Positions 1 through 10,727 of a stretch of 64,000 nt of DNA are shown here, piece by piece (position 1 is the stretch's first letter; every line of letters begins with the position of its first letter). The notes under the pieces are model-generated. The model saw nothing but the letters and a program-made list of their open reading frames with translations, was not told the DNA's origin and ran no database searches. A program made the translations under genes and the position numbers. The DNA is from an uncultured virus (IMG/VR IMGVR_UViG_3300042945_003839). Lineage: Duplodnaviria; Heunggongvirae; Uroviricota; Caudoviricetes. Location: the IMG/VR virus record IMGVR_UViG_3300042945_003839; one strand, written 5' to 3'.

Positions 1-836
1 TGCTGAGTAACCTGATCTACTTCTTCAAATTCAAGAGCATCAAGAATAGATGAAGAATTCATATTGGACAAACCTTCGTCGTTAGAGAAGTTACTTGCTT
101 GAGAATAATCATGAAAATCTGCTCCATTCGGATCTCCATTAATCATCTCAGAATCTGCTATAGACATCCAATAGTCATTAGGATTTTTATTTTTAAGTCT
201 TTTTATAGTGGTAGTAATAGATTCTGATTTCATCCAAGTTCTTGCTTGAGGAACTAAAGAAGCAAAAAATTTGCCTTGAGCAGAAGCCAAAAATAAACCT
301 ATATTATTTATAGTAAGATTACTGTTCTTTTTAAACACATCTTGCAAAGTGCTATACTCTGCACTAAACAAAGATCCTGATAAAATAAATATTTGGTGCT
401 CCATTTTCACCAAATCAGCAGCAGTAGGATAACAGCTATCAGCGCCATCGTCTGAAAACCAACGGCCATTAGATAGTCTAGGGTTATAAGATGGATCTTT
501 TGTAACGTTACCACTTGCAGACTCAATTGCATCTGAGCTGACTCCAGCAACCTCACCAGTAAACAAAAAACCACATACAGTATGAAAATAATTTGTATTC
601 TTTTTGAAAGTTATGCCTATTGACGCATTTCCATCATCAACTGTTTCCAAAATTTTCATATCATTAGTTTGAACCTGACCCAAAGTAGAAGAGTTAAACT
701 GATATGCATAATGCTGTCTTATTCTACTTCTAATAGGAACTGTATTTGGAAATATAGTAACTTCCATCCGCACAACACCAGCGCTATGCGGGACAACGTA
801 GCCAGAACTGTCCCATCCGTTAGTAGCATCAACCAT
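1..836 (-). CDS. Putative tail/baseplate protein, partial (runs off the left edge)
   Basis: Not in the ORF track. ATG at 836-834 overlaps the TAA of the upstream gene (TAATG); the frame is open to base 1 (MVDATNGWDSSGYVVPHSAG...). Function inferred from position only. Confidence 0.7.
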   Translation of the reverse strand, partial: MVDATNGWDSSGYVVPHSAGVVRMEVTIFPNTVPIRSRIRQHYAYQFNSSTLGQVQTNDMKILETVDDGNASIGITFKKNTNYFHTVCGFLFTGEVAGVSSDAIESASGNVTKDPSYNPRLSNGRWFSDDGADSCYPTAADLVKMEHQIFILSGSLFSAEYSTLQDVFKKNSNLTINNIGLFLASAQGKFFASLVPQARTWMKSESITTTIKRLKNKNPNDYWMSIADSEMINGDPNGADFHDYSQASNFSNDEGLSNMNSSSILDALEFEEVDQVTQ

Positions 837-3800
837 TAATTAAGCTCCGAAAAAACAGAATCACTTATCGTTAAAAGATCGGGCTTTACAATACTATTTG
901 TGATTGTAACGCCTCTTATAATATTACTATCATCTTCATAATATAACCTTATTACGTCATTACCTACGTAACAAGCACCAGGTGCCTTACCGTTGGTTTT
1001 AAGATTAGAATATGAATTTATAATAGACTCATTGCTTCCAATATTTTTTTCAAGCTGAGATAAACCTGATATTCTTTGACTATTTACGTCTGATATCAAG
1101 CCAAAATTAACAAAACTATTACCTGCTCTTATGGCCTCTACCATCCCTGATGGCATTTCTCCAACTACATAATAAGGATGGTAGGGCGAATGCTTAGGAT
1201 TATTTTTTGTTTGCATATATTTGACTACACTATTACTGCTATTGAGCCCCTGAAAAGAAGAGAGATCAAAATTTTGACCGAATATAGCGTTGCCTATCAT
1301 GTAAAATAGTGTAAGCTTACCAGATTGGAAATCATAGCAGCTAGAAATATTGTCTATAGAAACTGCCGAGCCAGGAAAGTATTCATTTTTTTCTGTGTCA
1401 ATAAAACTATCTTGATCATTTACTCCCCATTTAATGGGCCTAAAACCAAACAGTCTGCTCATGTTAAAAATGTTACTCCAATTTTGTCCATTTTGACTCC
1501 ACTTCATATGAACAAATCCGTCTTTTAATAAAAATGCTACTAATGATCCATTTCCTATAACTTCAAAAGTATATGGCTGATTCACAGCCCAATCATCATC
1601 TATATTGTTTTCATCAATAATCGGTATTGCAGGAACATTTATTCTTGGATAAAAAAGTTTTGATAAACCAAAAGAAGAAGATGGTATATTAACAGTATAA
1701 TCCCCAATCTGTATTATTGAACGATTATTACTTGTTGAGCTAGATGATTGATTTGCCTTTTCAGATTCGCCTTTAAATTTTATATTTTGACATATAGTAG
1801 TATTAATATTTTCTTTTAACAAAAATTCATTATCTGTATATCTAGCCTGTACAACATAAGCAGATTGAAGTCTAGCGATATTGTCAAATTCTTGAGGATT
1901 TTCAGAATACTGATCAAGACCCTGTATAATGTGATAGACTACAGGAGATAAGGCAATAACTGATTTGTCTGTACTAATGCTTATATTAAATATATTACTA
2001 CTCACAATACCCTGATCATAGTATTTAGTTTTTGAAAGCATCCAACTATCAATAGGTTTACACAATAAATTTCCATTCAAAGAAAACATAAAATACAGTT
2101 TACTTCCTCGTGGATCAGACTTTAAAACACATTGAAAAATATTTTCATTAACAAAAGATTGAAAAATGTTTCTAATTAACTTCCATCTTCTATTGTGATC
2201 TCCAGTCATATATGCGTCTAGTGATGGTGATCCATTTTTAAGATTTAAAAACCCAACATATCCCTGAGAATATCCATCAATTGCAGGAAAACAATCATTT
2301 GCAGTAAAGACAAACTTGTCATAGTTGTCTACCTCAAACACTCTTACCTTAATGTAAAATGGTTTTACATTTTTAAATTTTTCAAAAAATGGACCTGAAA
2401 AATACATTTTTTGACATTCGCAGTTATAAATGTTGACTTCTGATAATAGACCATTGTTTTTACTTCCACCAACACCCATCATATAAGCATAAGAAATTGC
2501 TTCTTTTTTTATAAAACTTTCACCCTGAGGCTCGTCAAAGCCAATATTGTAATAATAATTATCATTTGAAATTTTACTTTTAGAATCTCCAAATGGCTTA
2601 AAGCTAATAGATATATAGCTTACTCTGTAAACAGAATCAAAAGTTAAAGATGCAAATTGCCCTCCATTTTCAGCTGGGGTTTCATATTTAATCCCAATAC
2701 TTTCACCAGAAGACCATATCAATTCTTTATAATTAATAATACCATCTTTGTTCTCTTGATAAAAACCAGAGTCTTCACTAGACACAAGCTCTCCACCATA
2801 TTGATGAAATGGCATTTTGTCAACAGGCAGACCAAACCATTTTCTGTCTTGATATTTATAAGAAGTAACTGACTTGTTAGCATCAATTACTTCCTGGTTA
2901 TTCTCAAAACCTAAAGCAGGATTAGAGTTATTAAAAACAAATGATGGCATATCGGCAGAAAATATTCTAACCTTACCGTTATAAGACTGCGCGTATAATC
3001 CTATATATTTTTTTAAGTCTGCAGCAAAGCCAAGCTTAACATCATAAGCGTTACTCCTGATCCATAACTGCTCATATGGCTGAACACCCAAAGCGGCATT
3101 TACGCCACTCATTCCTTCCCAGAACACTCTGCCATTTCTACTAATGTCTATTGGAGAAACATCAAAACAAAAATTTTCTCCCACTATTGTGGCTCGACCA
3201 GTCTCTTGACCAGTTGAACTCAAACTGGGTGGTAAAATTTGTATTATATTTAAAGTCCAATTCGGATTAACAACACCACTGAATATAGCCTCAGATAAGT
3301 CATAGTATAACTGGCTATCTTCTTCAGATTGTATTTCAGATGCATATTTTTTAAAACTAGAAACTTCATTTTTAAGATTAAAGTTTTGAACATTTAAAAA
3401 ATCAAGTAAACAAATCCCTACACCAAATCCTCCATCACTTTTCTTTTCGATAGTCATTAAAGCATCTGCCAATACAGAATCATATCCTATTTTTTCATCA
3501 TCCGTAAACATACTATTTGAAATCAACGACCTGTCATATTTTACTGCTATTATAGATGGTCCATCATCTAGATAACTATTAACAAAAATAGTATTGTTAG
3601 GAGCTTCAAAATTGTCGCGCCACCATTCTTTGTCAGCTATATCATTTTTACTTATTAATAAAGTAAAATTTCCTACACCATCTATATAGCCAATACCTCC
3701 ACCCAAATTTGTGCCATCTTGTACAAGGTTATTGGCGGCAACAAATATGCCTTCTGCAAGCATGAAATTGTCACTTCTTTCCTGAACGCTTCTAGCTGCC

Positions 3801-5512
3801 AATCTATATGTGCCGACAGTAACTTTTGGAATATCTCCATCAGGGTCTGATCCATTAAATACATTTTGACTAACTTTAAATTCTTCTGGCGGGACAGAAA
3901 AATCGTACAAAGCAGGTACGCCACGCAAATTTGCTATGGCACTAAAATCAAAGTTATTGACAATAATTGGAAATCTATTTGCTGATTCTGCAAAATTGTA
4001 TTTGACATCAGGTCTTACATAAAATTTATCATAAACAAAAGCATGATTTTGATAAAAAGATTTAGCATCCACATTAGCTACACCAGAAGCAGCAGTTGCA
4101 AAAAGTTTGTAAGAATTTGTCTGTCTAATTTGTGGACCTTTTACAATTTCATAAGTTACATACAGTTTAAGTGGTTGAAAAGAACTTGTATTTAGTGATA
4201 TTTTTGATTTTGGTATAAAAATTTGAATTTGTGCGGAACCTCCAGGAATTTGCTCTTCTGGAATAGAGGTTGTTGGGCCTCTAAATTTTTTTACCTGACG
4301 CATAAACATGTTTGTTATTATCTTATCTTTAACGATAGCAAAACCACATGGCTCTTTAGACAAAAATTTGGTTTGCGAAACTCCATCTCGAGGATCAGTA
4401 GAATCAGTGAGACCTTTGCCTATATATCTTTTTTCCAAGTCTTCAAATTCAAATGGCTTTAAAAACACACCAAATACATTAGATATAAAATCAAAACTAT
4501 CGCCTAAAGACTTATTGACTAGTACATAATTGTCACCCTCAATAAACTTCTTTTTGTAACCAGCATCTTGACCATCTTGTCTTTCAAATAAATCATTAAA
4601 AGTTATTGTGACTTCTTGATCAAAGATTGTTTGGGAAGAATTAACTATTGAATATCCGTTTTTTATGGTATAGGGCCTGTACACAGCTGGAGAGGTAATC
4701 CTCAATGTGATAGCAGTCGCGCCAGCAAGTAGGTCAAGCAATCCAGCACCAAAAACCAAACCAGCAAATCCCTCAACTGCCGCACCTGGATCAAACGCTC
4801 TTTGCAGGTCTATACCGCCACCAAATCCAAGCCACAAACTCAAAGCTCTAGATGGCAAAAGTGATACTTTAGCTGCGCCAAATCTGGGTTCCTCAAAAAA
4901 TGGACCCAAAATTTTACCGGCATACTTATCCTTATCAGCCAAAAATACTGGGATAACTTCAATGCTAACAGCTTTTTTTGCCGTTGCACCAGCAATCCCT
5001 GTCCCTTCAACAGATGGTATGACATACAAGTCGTCACCAGACACTGCCTGATTGCCTGGAATAAATTTTTTATCATTAACTACATGTATTCTTTTTGAGA
5101 TAACACGCCCACTACTCGGGATGCCAAAACCTCCGATAGAATACTGACCCTGAGAATCCGTAACTCGTGTATTGCTAAGCCACACATATTCTAAATATAC
5201 TGCATATACTTTTTCTATTTTTCCATTTTCATCAGGCTGCAACGGCTGACCATCTTGATCTTTTAAGTCATCTTCACTTGAAGTAAATTTAAATAAATAT
5301 TTTGGAGTCACCGGATCTGAATTAGGAACATTAGAGCCATCAATGCTTAATTCATAAGAATTTGGCAATGGCTCTTGAGAAGCGCTTAAGTTTAAAACCT
5401 CAAACGGTTTAATAAAACCCAGTGGAACCAAGTCGCCAAGATAATAAGCTGAAAAGCCTCGTAATCTTCGCCTTAAATCTGGATTAAGAATACTAGAATA
5501 GGTATCACCCAT
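836..5512 (-). CDS. Large tail-tip/baseplate-region protein (1558 aa)
   Basis: Long beta-rich ORF directly after the tape measure gene; BNR/Asp-box-like segments (WSQNGQNW, TGDHNRRW) suggest propeller folds. Confidence 0.6.
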   Translation of the reverse strand: MGDTYSSILNPDLRRRLRGFSAYYLGDLVPLGFIKPFEVLNLSASQEPLPNSYELSIDGSNVPNSDPVTPKYLFKFTSSEDDLKDQDGQPLQPDENGKIEKVYAVYLEYVWLSNTRVTDSQGQYSIGGFGIPSSGRVISKRIHVVNDKKFIPGNQAVSGDDLYVIPSVEGTGIAGATAKKAVSIEVIPVFLADKDKYAGKILGPFFEEPRFGAAKVSLLPSRALSLWLGFGGGIDLQRAFDPGAAVEGFAGLVFGAGLLDLLAGATAITLRITSPAVYRPYTIKNGYSIVNSSQTIFDQEVTITFNDLFERQDGQDAGYKKKFIEGDNYVLVNKSLGDSFDFISNVFGVFLKPFEFEDLEKRYIGKGLTDSTDPRDGVSQTKFLSKEPCGFAIVKDKIITNMFMRQVKKFRGPTTSIPEEQIPGGSAQIQIFIPKSKISLNTSSFQPLKLYVTYEIVKGPQIRQTNSYKLFATAASGVANVDAKSFYQNHAFVYDKFYVRPDVKYNFAESANRFPIIVNNFDFSAIANLRGVPALYDFSVPPEEFKVSQNVFNGSDPDGDIPKVTVGTYRLAARSVQERSDNFMLAEGIFVAANNLVQDGTNLGGGIGYIDGVGNFTLLISKNDIADKEWWRDNFEAPNNTIFVNSYLDDGPSIIAVKYDRSLISNSMFTDDEKIGYDSVLADALMTIEKKSDGGFGVGICLLDFLNVQNFNLKNEVSSFKKYASEIQSEEDSQLYYDLSEAIFSGVVNPNWTLNIIQILPPSLSSTGQETGRATIVGENFCFDVSPIDISRNGRVFWEGMSGVNAALGVQPYEQLWIRSNAYDVKLGFAADLKKYIGLYAQSYNGKVRIFSADMPSFVFNNSNPALGFENNQEVIDANKSVTSYKYQDRKWFGLPVDKMPFHQYGGELVSSEDSGFYQENKDGIINYKELIWSSGESIGIKYETPAENGGQFASLTFDSVYRVSYISISFKPFGDSKSKISNDNYYYNIGFDEPQGESFIKKEAISYAYMMGVGGSKNNGLLSEVNIYNCECQKMYFSGPFFEKFKNVKPFYIKVRVFEVDNYDKFVFTANDCFPAIDGYSQGYVGFLNLKNGSPSLDAYMTGDHNRRWKLIRNIFQSFVNENIFQCVLKSDPRGSKLYFMFSLNGNLLCKPIDSWMLSKTKYYDQGIVSSNIFNISISTDKSVIALSPVVYHIIQGLDQYSENPQEFDNIARLQSAYVVQARYTDNEFLLKENINTTICQNIKFKGESEKANQSSSSTSNNRSIIQIGDYTVNIPSSSFGLSKLFYPRINVPAIPIIDENNIDDDWAVNQPYTFEVIGNGSLVAFLLKDGFVHMKWSQNGQNWSNIFNMSRLFGFRPIKWGVNDQDSFIDTEKNEYFPGSAVSIDNISSCYDFQSGKLTLFYMIGNAIFGQNFDLSSFQGLNSSNSVVKYMQTKNNPKHSPYHPYYVVGEMPSGMVEAIRAGNSFVNFGLISDVNSQRISGLSQLEKNIGSNESIINSYSNLKTNGKAPGACYVGNDVIRLYYEDDSNIIRGVTITNSIVKPDLLTISDSVFSELN

Positions 5513-5515
5513 ATT

Positions 5516-8113
5516 TTATTCAGGCGCAGTTTGCTTTGCTAGTTCACTTACGGCTGCAGACATTCCCTTTTTAACAGCATCTACGACGCCACGCTGTATA
5601 GTAGTTGATATTTCTTTAACCATATTAGACATATCAATGTTAGAAGCTACAGCAGTAGCTGCAGCGCCACTCTGGTTGCTTGCAGTCATAGAAGATGGAG
5701 ATGGAGGACCTTCCACATTAACACCTGGAACAGCAGGATTCCCACCAGGAGCAACAATAGTACCAGCTTGGCCAGGAGTAGCTGCCTCCACTATTTGACC
5801 TGCCCGTTCTGGACGATCACGACCAGCAAGCGCCAAGTTCTGCCCTATTTGCTCCGGTAAATTTTGAACAAGTTTTTGAATGTCATCCATACTTGTTATG
5901 ACATGCTTGCTATATTCCTCACTCTTAGGTCCAAATCCGCCGACTAAACCTCCAGGTCCAAATTGACTGGCTTGAGTAATACCGCCGCTACCAGCGCCAG
6001 TTCTTAAAACACGAGGTACTTCTTCGGTAGTTCTAATCAATGCACCAAGATTTTTATTTTGATCAACAACAATTTCAGTAAACATACCCGCACCAGATTC
6101 CATAGAAGTTATGGCATCCAAATAACCTTCTCTAAGTTTCTGTAACTGATCAAGAGCTTGCTTATTTAAATTGTTTCTGTCAGCAAGATGCTTATTTATT
6201 TCAATAGCACGCTTTGCAGCCTCAGACTCAAGAGTAGCTTTCTTGACAGGATCATCTGCTTCTGCAGCGGCTTTTAATGCTTTATTTCTTTCTTCAGTCA
6301 GTCTTTTTACTATTTCTTCTTCTTGCTTAGCTTGTTCTATTAGATTTCTGGCAGCCTTTTCACGAGCTGCGGCGCTAGCACCAATACCAACAGCAAAGCT
6401 GTCCATCAGAGCTATTTGACTCTGCATGACTGCAGATTCAGCTTGTAATTTTTCTAAATTTATTTTATGGTAAATAGTTGCATTATTGGCGGCATCTGAC
6501 AGAGTTTGAGCAAGTAATTTTGTGGAGTCAGTGTGAATCTTATTTGCCTCTGCCTCTTGACGATTTGCTTCATTTTTACTTTCAGCTGTGCTTGTTAAAA
6601 ACTTTAAATCTTCTATCTTTTGAGATGTCCTATATGTATCTAGTTGCTGCTTCATTCCATCTAATCTCTTTTGCTCATCATCTGCTGCTTTTTGATTTCC
6701 ATCTTTTCTAAAGCCATCTACAATACTTTGGCTCATAGTAATAATTTTTTCCGCTTCTTTGACGTTTTTCTCTACATCTTTAGGATCTAAAGCTGCTTGA
6801 GCAGATTGTTGTGCCGAAACCTTTTGCCTTATAGCTGCGACTCTTTCCATTGCCATATCGTAAGCTTTTTGTGCATTATCAATCATTTTGTCTGGAGACA
6901 AACCCATTGCAGACATGTCTATTTTAGCGCCAGAATATGCAGATATTTCTGAAAAAGTTTTCATTGCATCAACAGATGCAAGAATAGTGTCCTTCATTAT
7001 AAAATAATTTCGCTTAAGTGTTTCTGTTCTTTGCGCAAGCTGATCAGTAATAATTGCCCTGTATTGTTCAGTAGTTAAAGTTTTATTCTGAATAGCCTGA
7101 ATCTGTTGCGCAGTACGCTCTTCGTCTTCTTTTTTCTTAGCAATTAATTCATAATTGTCTTTAAGTATTTTTGATATTTCAGAATCTTTAATACCTGCTT
7201 CCGTAAGCTTTTCTCTAATCTGAGCTTCATCTTTTGCCTGCTCTACTATAGATTTAACTATTTCTTGAGACTGCTTCCCCATTTCACTGGCGCCCATATT
7301 TGTACGAGTCTCTTGTAATTTTTGCAATTGTCCAGTAAGAGCATCAATGCCAGATGCAGCAACTGCAGAGCCGAAATTGTTTAAGGTTCCAAGCATCTCT
7401 GCAAGCGCTTCAGAGTCTCCCTTACTAACAAATACAGCTTCCATTGCAGAAGTAGCCTGCCTACTTTGCTGAACTTTTTCAGTCATTCGAAGAAGCTTTT
7501 CTTCTTCTTGATTTTTACCCTCCATTATTTTGATATAGTTTAAATACTGCTCTCTATCAATTTCGCCAAGCAAATATCTGCCTTCAATTTGTGACTTAGT
7601 TAATTCTTTTAATGCAGCTCCTCTTTCTATTTCTGCTTGAGTGCCTGTTTTTAAACCCTCTGTTTTACCAAGGACCTGGACAAGCTCAAGAAAATTATTT
7701 CTTAATCCTACAGCATTTTTATCAAGATGCGCAAGCTGCTCAATAAAAGCCTTAGCCGCAGCCTCATTGTTGCCAAATACCTGACGAGATCTAGCTAAAA
7801 TATTTTGAAAACCTTCAATATCACTAATTGGCTCACGAAAGCCCGTCATTAAGGTTTTCTGCATTGAAATAACAGAATCAGCAGTAAAATTAAACTGCCT
7901 CATAACTCCTGTTACTTGAGTTTTTAATTGCTCAAAATCTTTACCGACTACAGTATTAGCAACAGATAAACCATACAGTTGCTGATTAATGCCTTGAATT
8001 TTGTTCATAAGCCCAGTAATGCTGGTGTCAACGCCAGATATATTAGAAACTAATTTTAATGCTTGAACAGCATTAGTTTCTAAGAGCTTACCTAATTCAG
8101 CAAAATTAGCCAT
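5516..8113 (-). CDS. Tail tape measure protein
   Basis: 865 aa, Ala/Gln/Glu/Lys-rich helical/coiled-coil sequence; follows tail tube and frameshifted chaperones in canonical order. Confidence 0.75.
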   Translation of the reverse strand: MANFAELGKLLETNAVQALKLVSNISGVDTSITGLMNKIQGINQQLYGLSVANTVVGKDFEQLKTQVTGVMRQFNFTADSVISMQKTLMTGFREPISDIEGFQNILARSRQVFGNNEAAAKAFIEQLAHLDKNAVGLRNNFLELVQVLGKTEGLKTGTQAEIERGAALKELTKSQIEGRYLLGEIDREQYLNYIKIMEGKNQEEEKLLRMTEKVQQSRQATSAMEAVFVSKGDSEALAEMLGTLNNFGSAVAASGIDALTGQLQKLQETRTNMGASEMGKQSQEIVKSIVEQAKDEAQIREKLTEAGIKDSEISKILKDNYELIAKKKEDEERTAQQIQAIQNKTLTTEQYRAIITDQLAQRTETLKRNYFIMKDTILASVDAMKTFSEISAYSGAKIDMSAMGLSPDKMIDNAQKAYDMAMERVAAIRQKVSAQQSAQAALDPKDVEKNVKEAEKIITMSQSIVDGFRKDGNQKAADDEQKRLDGMKQQLDTYRTSQKIEDLKFLTSTAESKNEANRQEAEANKIHTDSTKLLAQTLSDAANNATIYHKINLEKLQAESAVMQSQIALMDSFAVGIGASAAAREKAARNLIEQAKQEEEIVKRLTEERNKALKAAAEADDPVKKATLESEAAKRAIEINKHLADRNNLNKQALDQLQKLREGYLDAITSMESGAGMFTEIVVDQNKNLGALIRTTEEVPRVLRTGAGSGGITQASQFGPGGLVGGFGPKSEEYSKHVITSMDDIQKLVQNLPEQIGQNLALAGRDRPERAGQIVEAATPGQAGTIVAPGGNPAVPGVNVEGPPSPSSMTASNQSGAAATAVASNIDMSNMVKEISTTIQRGVVDAVKKGMSAAVSELAKQTAPE

Positions 8114-8121
8114 AGTTTATC

Positions 8122-8505
8122 TTATACTTTCTTATCAAATTCATCCATTAAATAAAAGGCAATTGAGCTAGAAAGATTGTCTAAAGCTTGAGGGGTAACC
8201 GGCACTGGATTGCCCGAAGCATCTTTAAATGACCACTTTTTCAATGACTGTGAAAATCTTTCTGCTCTAAACTTTATTGGGTTAAAAGAAAACTTTCCAT
8301 CAGAATCCTGCATGCATGCTGCTTGAACTTTCTTTAAAGTACCGTAATTCATTTTCTTAAAAGTAACTATATGTTTTTCAAAAGCATTATTAGTAAATTT
8401 TTCTTTTGCTTCAGATTCAGAACCAACACAAGCGATATCTCCATTCAATTCGCCACAAAAAAATGTGATATCAAAACTGTCATTATCTGTTATAAAAATT
8501 CCCAT
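8122..8505 (-). CDS. Tail assembly chaperone-like protein (paralogue of 8743..9150)
   Basis: LKKWSF...LDNLSSSIAFYLMDEF resembles LKSWRI...LEDLPCDFVDIMYDKI of 8743..9150; AAAGGAG SD; precedes tape measure. Confidence 0.6.
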   Translation of the reverse strand: MGIFITDNDSFDITFFCGELNGDIACVGSESEAKEKFTNNAFEKHIVTFKKMNYGTLKKVQAACMQDSDGKFSFNPIKFRAERFSQSLKKWSFKDASGNPVPVTPQALDNLSSSIAFYLMDEFDKKV

Positions 8506-8515
8506 ATTTTCTCCT

Positions 8516-8755
8516 TTATATTAAAGATTTTCCTGTTGAACTCATATACATCATATTAACGATGTCAAAATTTTTGTAATGCAATTTCATTAAAGCCATA
8601 AGATAGAAAAATTCTTTTTCATTCTCATCTAAAGATCTAATATAGTCCAGAGTCCAACCAACATCTTGCACTATAATATACTCTCTACAAGCTTCTGGCA
8701 CTTCAGATATTTTTTTACCAGTCAGTATGCTCCGAAGTGCCTCTATACTTTTCCC
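8516..8755 (-). CDS. Tail assembly chaperone, frameshifted C-terminal part (gpT-like; makes the G-T fusion)
   Basis: The -1 frame is open from the slippery site G GGA AAA (8755-8749) through SIEALRSILTGKKISEVPEACREY...GWTLDYI to the stop at 8516. Confidence 0.8.
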   Translation of the reverse strand, partial: GKSIEALRSILTGKKISEVPEACREYIIVQDVGWTLDYIRSLDENEKEFFYLMALMKLHYKNFDIVNMMYMSSTGKSLI

Positions 8756-9150
8756 AGTTCATCTTCAGCCTTTCGAGTGAGATTGTAAATTTTGTCATAC
8801 ATAATATCTACAAAATCACATGGAAGATCTTCCAATGAAGTATCTTTATTAGAAATATCAGTATCCGGTCCACGTATTCGCCAAGATTTTAAAAACGTTT
8901 CTATAAACACGTTTTTGTAAGCTAATAGGTCATAGCCAATTTCAATCTTAATTGGGTCAAAAATTTCTACCTGTTTTAACATTTTTGCCCTTGTAGTTGC
9001 AGTAGGAAAAGTCCATTCTGCTTCAATATCAAAGACATAAATATTCTCAGGAACCGGTTCTTCAATTGGAGAAAAAAGCTCTTTGGCATAGACAAAAGAG
9101 CCGTTTTCCAAGTAAACCTTTGCTTTTTGATGCAATGTTACATTTTTCAC
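8743..9150 (-). CDS. Tail assembly chaperone (gpG-like)
   Basis: Between tail tube and tape measure; ends ...CTG GGA AAA GTA TAG, containing a lambda-type X XXY YYZ heptamer. Confidence 0.8.
   Translation of the reverse strand: MKNVTLHQKAKVYLENGSFVYAKELFSPIEEPVPENIYVFDIEAEWTFPTATTRAKMLKQVEIFDPIKIEIGYDLLAYKNVFIETFLKSWRIRGPDTDISNKDTSLEDLPCDFVDIMYDKIYNLTRKAEDELGKV
8749..8755 (-). other. Programmed -1 ribosomal frameshift site GGGAAAA
   Basis: Heptamer in correct phase (G GGA AAA) just before the TAG; matches the lambda G-T site GGGAAAG; -1 frame open downstream. Confidence 0.85.
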
Positions 9151-9173
9151 AATTCGAATATAGCCTCAATGCT

Positions 9174-9181
9174 ATATCGAC
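9174..9181 (-). promoter_or_regulatory. Candidate CGATA-type -10 element (GTCGATAT)
   Basis: In the short intergenic gap before the chaperone gene; same core as elements at 24901-24908 and 48895-48902; -35 match is poor. Confidence 0.35.
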
Positions 9182-9185
9182 ATTA

Positions 9186-10295
9186 TCAAATGAATGGATA
9201 TGGGTGCTGAGCGCCGTTAGCGTTCGTGCCTGGAGTCTCTAAAGCTGATATTGCCTCGTAATTGAAGGCCTGATCTCCAAGAGCCATAAAGTCCATAGAT
9301 GAATTCAGTACATCATTTGTTAAATCCATAGACTCAAGCTTAAACACCACTCCACGAAGTTTAAATAATGTCTTGGTGACGTTACCAAATCTTACATTGA
9401 ATAGTAAATTGGCGCGAGAAGTCTGACCAATTTCGTTATACATAGCATAGTCTGCTATATCCCTATTTCTGCCCAAGAAATCTATTCTACCAGTGATCTG
9501 ACGCTTCTTGGCAACCAGATCATAAGCAGCCAAGGTTCCACTCAATGTATGGACTGCCTCAACCTGATTGTCTATTGTAACAGAAAAACTTTTCACAAGG
9601 GGGAGTCTTGTAATGTTTGGAGGAGTATTAACAACGACTCCGGTAGCGATTGGAGACTGCTCAATGTCAATCGTAACGTCATTATAAGTTACTACACGGA
9701 CAGGAGCAACGTTAACCTTTCCTCCAACGGAAGAACCCAACCCATCTCCCATAATGGCGCTAGTGCCATCAAATGGACCCTCACGGCCTCTTCCCATGAA
9801 AGACACCTGAACGTTAAGGGCATCTCCAGCGTTGCAGGTAATGGTCATTCTACTGGGAACTAGATCTAAGTATCTATATGAAACCTCGCCATTATAACGA
9901 ACAAGCATATTTCTGCAACCAGGAACTTCTCTTATCTTAAGACGACCATCTGAGCTACGCTCAACCGTGTCTCTATAAATACGAGAAAATGCCTGATACC
10001 CAACACTGTCTGGAGCTGAATCTAACTTAAAGCTAATGTCTCCATTAAGCTCAAATGGCTTAAGAGCATATCTTGTAGAGTCAATAGAACCGTCAATATC
10101 TCTAATAGTATCTATGTTTTGAGTGCCTTTTAATGTGCAACTATCTGCACGAATAAGGTATTTATTTAAAGCACCGCCAAGATTGGCTTCATAAGTAACA
10201 AAGCCAGAATATCCAGCATAAGCTGGACGTGCAGTTGGATCTGCTAGTCCTAGTGGCGGAGGAACGCTAAATGATGGTTGTCCTTCTACTGGCAT
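9186..10295 (-). CDS. Major tail tube protein
   Basis: Tube-like beta pattern in two halves (GDISFKL...MTITCNAGDALNVQVSFMG; SFSVTIDNQVEAVHTL...RQITGRIDF); strong GAGGAG SD; upstream of chaperones. Confidence 0.75.
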   Translation of the reverse strand: MPVEGQPSFSVPPPLGLADPTARPAYAGYSGFVTYEANLGGALNKYLIRADSCTLKGTQNIDTIRDIDGSIDSTRYALKPFELNGDISFKLDSAPDSVGYQAFSRIYRDTVERSSDGRLKIREVPGCRNMLVRYNGEVSYRYLDLVPSRMTITCNAGDALNVQVSFMGRGREGPFDGTSAIMGDGLGSSVGGKVNVAPVRVVTYNDVTIDIEQSPIATGVVVNTPPNITRLPLVKSFSVTIDNQVEAVHTLSGTLAAYDLVAKKRQITGRIDFLGRNRDIADYAMYNEIGQTSRANLLFNVRFGNVTKTLFKLRGVVFKLESMDLTNDVLNSSMDFMALGDQAFNYEAISALETPGTNANGAQHPYPFI

Positions 10296-10321
10296 ATTAC
10301 TCCTCAGTTTGTATTAATGAT

Positions 10322-10708
10322 TTATTCAGAATAAGATGCATTGATGTCATAGCCTAAAGTGTTTGACATGTCAACAAATTGTGCATCTAGATTGTTTGCA
10401 GGCGAATCTGCATTATTTGCATCTAAGAAATCATTTACTGTATCGTAGGATGCATTCCTGCGAACAACGTGATTATTTAATGCGGTGACGGCGGAAGTAA
10501 AGTTATTAATGCTACGAAGAGTCTGATCTGCCAACTGATATGCAGCGAACATGGGCTGCAATAAATCTAGAGTTTGCTGAACGTCATCTAATACCGCTAC
10601 TTCGTAGACTGCAGAAAACATTTTATCTATTGCTGCAAGGATAGAAGTACGGGCTTCCCCTAAGTTGTCTGATATAATTTTGTATTTTTCAAACGAAATG
10701 CTTGCCAT
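10322..10708 (-). CDS. Hypothetical helical protein (possibly structural)
   Basis: 128-aa ORF with GGAGGA SD in the tail operon. Confidence 0.6.
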   Translation of the reverse strand: MASISFEKYKIISDNLGEARTSILAAIDKMFSAVYEVAVLDDVQQTLDLLQPMFAAYQLADQTLRSINNFTSAVTALNNHVVRRNASYDTVNDFLDANNADSPANNLDAQFVDMSNTLGYDINASYSE

Positions 10709-10727
10709 TTTGGTTCATTCCTCCACC

